Origin: Deltaproteobacteria bacterium TMED58
GTDB lineage: Bacteria > Desulfobacterota_D > UBA1144
Direction: 5' to 3'
Length of the DNA stretch: 64,000 nucleotides
Assembly: GCA_002167555.2 (NCBI GenBank)
Contig: NHDL02000003.1
Coordinates: 81,734 to 145,733 of the forward strand
Part shown: one piece after another, positions 58,661 through 64,000 of the stretch
Numbering within the stretch: position 1 is the stretch's first letter
Layout of the letters: each line of letters opens with the position of its first letter
The notes under the pieces: model-generated
Told to the model about the DNA's origin: nothing
Databases searched by the model: none
What the model saw: the letters and a program-made list of their open reading frames with translations, nothing else
Program-made: the position numbers and the translations under genes

Positions 58661-59635
58661 TTAGAAAAGTGTCATAACCCCAAATGCAGCTGAAATTGTA
58701 GTTAAAGGAGCCAGGTCTTCTTGAGTTTCTGTTGCATTTTTTAACTTTCTTACAGAATTAAGTGCATCATAATATAGCCTATCATCATTAATAAGCTTTC
58801 CTAAAGTTCCCTCACCAGAATTAATTTTAGATACTAAAGAATTTAAATTGCGGGATAAATCATTTATAGAATCATAGAGTTCCTCGTCATTAATTAGCCT
58901 ACCAAGTGATCCATCACCAGTTGCTAATTTGTCAGTAAGCATATTTATCTTCTCTAAAGTATCTTTTGCTTTTAAATAAACAGATTTATCATTTATTAAT
59001 AGTCCTAAGGTCCCATCACCTTGATCAATTTTTTTTGTTATATTTGAAAAAAAATCCAAGCTTGATTTTAAATCATCATATATTGAGGGATCATTAACAA
59101 GTTTACCAATTGTTCCTTTTGAGTTGGCGACATTTGATACAATTATATTAAGATTTGATAAAATCGATTTGATTTGATCATTATATTCAAATAATTGGGA
59201 GTTAAACATATCAACTGTTTTATCTAATTTTGTTATAAGTGTATTAAAATCAACGGGTTTGGTTGATAGGATAACTCCACCATCACTAAGTATCCTAGAA
59301 TTGGGAGACCCAAAAGTAATTCCTACATAGGTACTACCAAGAAGGCTTGTCATATTAATCGAGGCAATTGAGTCATCCTTCAAAATAACTTCTTTGTCGA
59401 CAGAAATTTCAACCGCTACATTTTGACCAGATAAAGTAATTTTCTTTACTCTACCAACTTCAACACCTGATAGCTTAACTTCATTGCCAACTCTAAGCTC
59501 ACCAACAGAGGAAAAATAACTTGTATAAGTATTTTCCTTTTTTAAAAAATCAACACCTGACACGACTTCAAAAAGAATCAAGAGAGCTACGATTCCAAAA
59601 ACAAAAAAAGTCCCAAGTTGCATTTTTTTATTCAT
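58661..59635 (-). CDS. mlaD: MCE/MlaD-family ABC transporter periplasmic component with C-terminal tandem repeats
   Basis: 324 aa. An N-terminal TM is followed by an MCE domain (GELRVGNEVKLSGVEVGRVKKI), then four repeats of about 34 aa of the form G-[DE]-G-[TS]-LG-x-LIND-x3-Y. Confidence 0.85.
   Translation of the reverse strand: MNKKMQLGTFFVFGIVALLILFEVVSGVDFLKKENTYTSYFSSVGELRVGNEVKLSGVEVGRVKKITLSGQNVAVEISVDKEVILKDDSIASINMTSLLGSTYVGITFGSPNSRILSDGGVILSTKPVDFNTLITKLDKTVDMFNSQLFEYNDQIKSILSNLNIIVSNVANSKGTIGKLVNDPSIYDDLKSSLDFFSNITKKIDQGDGTLGLLINDKSVYLKAKDTLEKINMLTDKLATGDGSLGRLINDEELYDSINDLSRNLNSLVSKINSGEGTLGKLINDDRLYYDALNSVRKLKNATETQEDLAPLTTISAAFGVMTLF
58736..59125 (-). repeat. four tandem 34-aa protein repeats in the MlaD C-terminus
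   Basis: The repeat cores are NSKGTIGKLVNDPSIY, QGDGTLGLLINDKSVY, TGDGSLGRLINDEELY and SGEGTLGKLINDDRLY, starting at residues 171, 205, 239 and 273. Confidence 0.8.
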
Positions 59636-59649
59636 AACAGATATTCTAC

Positions 59650-60363
59650 CTAAATTGGCTCTAAAATTGCATTATTTGATTCTTTTATAGTATCTACAGA
59701 GCCTGAAATAATAATTTTACCATTCTCAAGTATTGAGATTTTATCAGCAATTGAATATGCAAAATTAATATCATGAGTTACTACAATTTGCGTTATAGAA
59801 CTATCATTCTTAAGTTTTTTTATGATTTGTGCTATAACTTTTGTATTAATTGGATCAAGTTCTGCAGTGGGCTCATCATAAAGCAAGATATCAGGAGAAA
59901 TAATTAAAGATCTAGCAATAGCAACCCTTTTTCTCATACCACCACTTAATTCAGATGGAAAGCTTTTTGCAGAATCCTGAATTCCTAAATCTGATAATAT
60001 ATCATATGCTTTATTAACTCTCTCATCTTTTGAACCAATACGATTCTCATCAAGAAATATAGTTATATTGTCTAAAACATTCAATGAATTTAAAAGAGCA
60101 GATGATTGAAAAATATAAGATAAAATTAAATCATTTTCATTAACCGCAATATTTAAATCCTTATTATCAATTAGAATTCTTCCAAGTTCAGGTTTAAAGA
60201 GCCCCATAATCATTTTTAATAAAACAGATTTACCTGTTCCTGATTTACCCAAAATTACATGGACTTCTTTATTCTTGAATTCACATGTAATTTGATCTAT
60301 AACGGTCTTTCCTTCAAAACCTTTCGAAACATTATCTAATTTTATAGCCAAAAAATTCTTCAT
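59650..60363 (-). CDS. mlaF: Mla-type ABC transporter ATP-binding protein
   Basis: Start moved to ATG 60363 (MKNFLAIKLDNVSKGF), which forms an ATGA overlap with the mlaE stop. Motifs GKSGTGKS, LSGGMRKRVAIAR and LLYDEPT are present. Confidence 0.9.
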   Translation of the reverse strand: MKNFLAIKLDNVSKGFEGKTVIDQITCEFKNKEVHVILGKSGTGKSVLLKMIMGLFKPELGRILIDNKDLNIAVNENDLILSYIFQSSALLNSLNVLDNITIFLDENRIGSKDERVNKAYDILSDLGIQDSAKSFPSELSGGMRKRVAIARSLIISPDILLYDEPTAELDPINTKVIAQIIKKLKNDSSITQIVVTHDINFAYSIADKISILENGKIIISGSVDTIKESNNAILEPI

Positions 60364-61127
60364 AATAGTCCCACAAGAATTAAAAATCTTGTTAAAAAGT
60401 AATCCAGTATTAGTATCGATATGAAAGATGCTACTACAGATTTTGTTACCGAGCTTCCAATCTCCCTTGGTCCACCTGAGGCAAGTAATCCAACAGAACA
60501 AGAAATAATCGAAATAGTTACCGCAAAAAATAGAGATTTAATCAGTCCAACAGCTATATCAGAAATAGTTACCACCTGACTTAAATCATTATAAAAAGAT
60601 GAAAATGATACAGAAATAGTTTGATTCATTGAGGAAACTAGAGATCCACCAAGCCATCCAATTAAATCCATATAAATTACCAAAAAAGGTAGAGTTACTA
60701 AACAAGCCAGAAACCTAGGCAGTACAAGATATGTAACAGGATCTATCTTCATTGTTTCCAAGGCAGATATTTCCTCATAAATTTTCATAGATGAAATCTC
60801 CGCTGTTATAGAAGACCCAACTCTTCCTGCCATTAAAATTGCAGCCATTACAGGTGCAAGCTCTGTACACAATGAAACTCCAACAATACCTCCAATCTTA
60901 TCTTCAATACCATAGCCTGACAACTGAATTCCTGTCTGTAAAGCCAGGACTGAACCAATTGATAATGAAATCAAAGCGGCTACAGGTAGCGTTCTATTTC
61001 CCATATCAAATACTTGGAAAAGAAACTTATCAACATTTGTAGAGAATGATTTAATTGATTTTAAGGTCTTCCATAAAAGATCTAAAAACTCCCCAATACC
61101 AATGGCAACCTTAGTAAAATTATTCAT
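60360..61127 (-). CDS. mlaE: Mla-type ABC transporter permease
   Basis: 255-aa MlaE/Ttg2B-like permease (ELAPVMAAILMAGRVGSSITAEISSMKIYEEI). Confidence 0.9.
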   Translation of the reverse strand: MNNFTKVAIGIGEFLDLLWKTLKSIKSFSTNVDKFLFQVFDMGNRTLPVAALISLSIGSVLALQTGIQLSGYGIEDKIGGIVGVSLCTELAPVMAAILMAGRVGSSITAEISSMKIYEEISALETMKIDPVTYLVLPRFLACLVTLPFLVIYMDLIGWLGGSLVSSMNQTISVSFSSFYNDLSQVVTISDIAVGLIKSLFFAVTISIISCSVGLLASGGPREIGSSVTKSVVASFISILILDYFLTRFLILVGLL

Positions 61128-62509
61128 AAGCTTATAGGTATATATAATATTCTAATTTTCTTTTTCTCACCAGTCTCAAGACCTATCAAACCACCTAAAA
61201 TATTAAATTTATTTGATGATGAATCTGATTCATTAGAAATAATGGGTAAAAGAATATTGATTGCAAATCTTTTTTTGTTTTCTATTTTATTATTTTTATA
61301 ACTTATAAAATTAAATAGAATAGAAGTTTCAGACAGGGTGTTATCATTCCTTACTCGAATCAAAGACCAAAGTGGAGACCAGATTTTTCTCACTTTAACA
61401 TTATTTGAGAAAAAACTCTCTACTGGGGAAAGTATTCGTAAATCATAGCCATTTAAATCAGAATCTTTAGAGTATATAGGCCAGAAGCTTGAAAATTCTT
61501 TTTTTATTTTATTCTCTCTTAAATCATAGTAAGTATCTTGCTTATATAAGAAAAATAAAAAACTTTTAGTTTTAAAATAATCAGTGCCCAGAATCTCATT
61601 TTTATATTTATATAAAGGCCAAAGAAAAAAACCTTTTTCAACATTTTTTGTTTTAACATAGGAATAAAATGGAAAGAACCTTTTACTTTTTATATTAGCT
61701 CCTTGCTTATATTGGATAAATGGCCAAGGCATATTGTAGGTTTTTTGGTTTCGTATCTTATCAACATAGACATTAAAGAATGGCCAGAGATAAGTCCTAG
61801 CTTCATGAACTGTTGAAGTTGATGAGAGATAAAATGGAAAATATGCTTTCTCCTCAAGATTAAGTCCTTTGGTCAAATCCCTTTTATAGCTGTAAAAGGG
61901 CCATAAGAAGAATTTGCTTTCTTTAACAACAGAAATCCCTTGATTATCAACCTTATTTACATATCCAAACAAAGGCCATAGCTTAAAACCTGATACGTAC
62001 TTTCCTTCTGTTTTTGAAATAATTGGCCAAAGAAAATGTGTATTTTCCGAATTTTTTACTTTTGTTTTCAAATACAAGGGAAAAAATAAATAGTTTATCT
62101 CATCCTTTGTAAACTTATTTTTTAAGTTTCCATAAATTGGAAAAAAAGAAAAATAGTCATTTTCTTTTTTTCCAGACCATGAGATATCTAATATTGGGAA
62201 TATAGAAAAATTTTTCTCCTGTAAGTTATCATAATCATTAAAATTCTTGTATTTTATTAAATAAAAAAAAGCTTGAAATTGATTTCGTTGATTATCTTCT
62301 TGATATCCAATAAAAGGATAAAGTATATCTAGAGATCTATATTTTAATTCATAGTTCGCCTCGTAATAAACTAGTGGTCTAAATGCATAAACTTTTGAGC
62401 CTGAATCTTTTTTAAATTCAAAGAATGGGCCAAAGAATGTCTCTTCATAAGCTAAAGAATTGGTAGGTATAAGAAAAATAAAAAGAAGTAAGATTATTTT
62501 TATTTTCAT
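61124..62509 (-). CDS. secreted aromatic-Pro tandem-repeat protein of unknown function
   Basis: 461 aa with a signal peptide (MKIKIILLLFIFLIPTNSLAYEE) and about 18 copies of a hydrophobic-[WFY]-P-[LIF]-aromatic motif spaced 17-25 residues apart. ATGA overlaps link it to alr upstream and mlaE downstream. Confidence 0.8.
   Translation of the reverse strand: MKIKIILLLFIFLIPTNSLAYEETFFGPFFEFKKDSGSKVYAFRPLVYYEANYELKYRSLDILYPFIGYQEDNQRNQFQAFFYLIKYKNFNDYDNLQEKNFSIFPILDISWSGKKENDYFSFFPIYGNLKNKFTKDEINYLFFPLYLKTKVKNSENTHFLWPIISKTEGKYVSGFKLWPLFGYVNKVDNQGISVVKESKFFLWPFYSYKRDLTKGLNLEEKAYFPFYLSSTSTVHEARTYLWPFFNVYVDKIRNQKTYNMPWPFIQYKQGANIKSKRFFPFYSYVKTKNVEKGFFLWPLYKYKNEILGTDYFKTKSFLFFLYKQDTYYDLRENKIKKEFSSFWPIYSKDSDLNGYDLRILSPVESFFSNNVKVRKIWSPLWSLIRVRNDNTLSETSILFNFISYKNNKIENKKRFAINILLPIISNESDSSSNKFNILGGLIGLETGEKKKIRILYIPISL
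61127..62437 (-). repeat. protein-level tandem repeat array (about 20-residue period, core like FLWPLY / FFPFY / LWPFF)
   Basis: The motif Pro falls at residues 28, 45, 65, 105, 124, 144, 162, 179, 204, 225, 243, 263, 280, 298, 344, 379, 422 and 458 of the 461-aa ORF. Confidence 0.75.
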
Positions 62510-63585
62510 TTATAAATCCTCTTAACTCTTTTGCTAATACCACATATTATTTCATATGGAATGGTTTCACAGATTTCAGCTACTTCATTGGCTGATATTT
62601 TATCGTTACCAAAGATTGTCACATCATCTCCTACTTTAGGATTTCTGACATTAGAAATATCTATAATTGTAAGATCCATGCAAACTCTGCCTAAAATTGG
62701 GCACTCTATATTATTACAAACAACTTTACCTTTATTGGAAAGTGCTCGAGGTAAACCATCAGCATAACCAATTGGAATAACGCCTATCTTCATATTCCCC
62801 TTAGCTGTAAAGGTTCTCCCATAACTTATTGAATCACCCTCTTTTATATTTCTTATTTTTATTACTGAGGTCTTTAGTTCCATTATGGGATAAAAATTAT
62901 TGTCATCAGAATAAAGGCCATATAAAGCTAATCCGGGTCTAATCATATTTAAATGAGAATCTTTAAAATTAAATATTCCTGAACTGTTTGCAATATGAAA
63001 AAAATCTATGCCGGTTATAGCATTTTTATAATCTGTAATAATTTTATTAAATTCCATTATCTGTAATTTTGTAAAAGAAGAAGTTTTTAAATTAGATTCC
63101 GGAAAATGAGTATAGATTCCTGTTAAAGATAAATTCTTATTTTTTTTAATAATATCAATTGATTCTGGGATTTCTTTAATTTCTATTCCTAGTCTATTCA
63201 TTCCAGTATCAATCTTTAGATGAAAAGGAATATTATTTATATTTTTAAGAGAGTTTATAAAATGAAGCTGAGATATGTCATATATTGTAAAAACAATATC
63301 TCTTGAGATCGAGCTAATTATTTCCTCATTAGTTATTGAACCTAGAATTAAGATATTTGCCTTAATTCCCGCAGACTGAATCTCTATAGCTTCTTCATAT
63401 GTTGCAACTGCTAAGTCATTTACGTTTAATGATGTAAGTTTCTTGCTAATTTCAACCGAACCATGTCCGTAAGCATTAGCCTTGACAACCGCAAGTATTC
63501 TTACTCCATTTCCAATTTTTTTTCTAATGCTAGCAACATTTTTCTCTAAATTTGTTAATTTAATTTCGGCAAATGCAAATGACAT
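62506..63585 (-). CDS. alr: alanine racemase
   Basis: 359 aa with the PLP-Lys motif AVVKANAYGHG and the C-terminal GRVCMD motif. Confidence 0.93.
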   Translation of the reverse strand: MSFAFAEIKLTNLEKNVASIRKKIGNGVRILAVVKANAYGHGSVEISKKLTSLNVNDLAVATYEEAIEIQSAGIKANILILGSITNEEIISSISRDIVFTIYDISQLHFINSLKNINNIPFHLKIDTGMNRLGIEIKEIPESIDIIKKNKNLSLTGIYTHFPESNLKTSSFTKLQIMEFNKIITDYKNAITGIDFFHIANSSGIFNFKDSHLNMIRPGLALYGLYSDDNNFYPIMELKTSVIKIRNIKEGDSISYGRTFTAKGNMKIGVIPIGYADGLPRALSNKGKVVCNNIECPILGRVCMDLTIIDISNVRNPKVGDDVTIFGNDKISANEVAEICETIPYEIICGISKRVKRIYK

Positions 63586-63669
63586 TATTTTCTAAATCTA
63601 ACATAGATGAATTTATTTCTCGAATTGTCTATATTAGTCTTATTTTATGATATATTTCATTTAACTCTA

Positions 63670-64000
63670 ATGTCATTCACAACAATAGAAAAAAAGGCAA
63701 CTACAGTAGTCAGTCTTATACTATCATTGAGATTACTAGGCCTATTCATGCTACTTCCAATATTCAGCATTTACGCTATTGAATACGAAAGTTCAAGTAT
63801 TTTTCTTGCTGGTATTGCAATTGGAATTTACTCGTTAGCTCAAGCTATTATGCAAGTTCCTTTAGCCTATTTAAGTGATAAGTTAGGAAGGAAAAAAATT
63901 GTATTATTCGGACTTTTTTTGTTCACAATAGGGAGTTTGATATGCTTTTTTTCCTCTAATATAAATATGCTAATAATAGGCAGAATAATTCAAGGTTGTG
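63670..64000 (+). CDS. MFS transporter (N-terminal part, runs off the window)
   Basis: Hand translation from ATG 63670 gives MSFTTIEKKATTVVSLILSLRLLGLFMLLPIFSIYAIEY...PLAYLSDKLGRKKIVLFGLFLFTIGSL. The D-x-x-G-R-[KR] loop between TM2 and TM3 is typical of MFS proteins. Confidence 0.75.
   Translation, partial: MSFTTIEKKATTVVSLILSLRLLGLFMLLPIFSIYAIEYESSSIFLAGIAIGIYSLAQAIMQVPLAYLSDKLGRKKIVLFGLFLFTIGSLICFFSSNINMLIIGRIIQGC

Noticed and set aside
60364-60501. 46-residue N-terminal extension of mlaF (MFCWITCLRW...)
   Set aside because: It overlaps the mlaE 3' end. The conserved ATPase N-terminus begins at the ATG forming an ATGA overlap with the mlaE stop.
1-64000. CRISPR arrays, transposases, integrases, toxin-antitoxin pairs, tRNA or rRNA genes
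   Set aside because: I found no direct-repeat/spacer structure, no tRNA-like T-arm other than that of the tmRNA, and no mobile-element protein signatures in any of the listed ORFs.

Overview
Very AT-rich (about 30% G+C by eye, not computed) and very gene-dense bacterial chromosome segment. Most spacers are under 50 nt and many genes share ATGA or TAATG stop/start overlaps. I saw no transposase, integrase, CRISPR array, prophage or tRNA gene. The content is mainly housekeeping. (1) A minus-strand run rpmF-fabD-fabG-acpP-fabF-rpiB-secE-nusG-rplKAJL-rpoB-rpoC. (2) A minus-strand run rimP-nusA-infB-DHH phosphoesterase-truB-rpsO-pnp-miaA, then uvrB. (3) cobA/hemD and rsmE. (4) A small accessory pocket holding a large polytopic membrane protein and a divergent B12-type radical SAM enzyme. 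(5) A System I cytochrome c maturation operon ccmABCDEF followed by two unusual extra genes. (6) gloA, queD and an M42 peptidase. (7) An 11-gene nuo operon lacking nuoEFG and carrying a fused nuoB-nuoC. (8) A minus-strand run alr, aromatic-Pro repeat protein, mlaE, mlaF, mlaD, smpB, ssrA (tmRNA), rdgB, pyrG, RNB exoribonuclease and gltA. Three real genes under 60 aa are missing from the ORF track and were found by hand: rpmF, ccmD and a 36-aa TM peptide after ccmF. The open-ended rpoC, an MFS transporter start and the tmRNA were also found by hand. No defence-like or mobile system is evident. The best candidates for undescribed biology are: (a) the variant ccm operon, where CcmE has CxxxY instead of HxxxY, no ccmG/H is adjacent, and a coupled TM peptide and membrane-anchored monoheme cytochrome/beta-rich protein follow; (b) a secreted protein of about 18 aromatic-Pro repeats translationally coupled to mlaEFD; (c) the membrane protein and radical SAM pair, the latter with a non-canonical Cx3Cx3C motif. 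The variant CcmE, CobA/HemD fusion and EFG-less nuo together suggest a deltaproteobacteria-like streamlined lineage. That is inference only.
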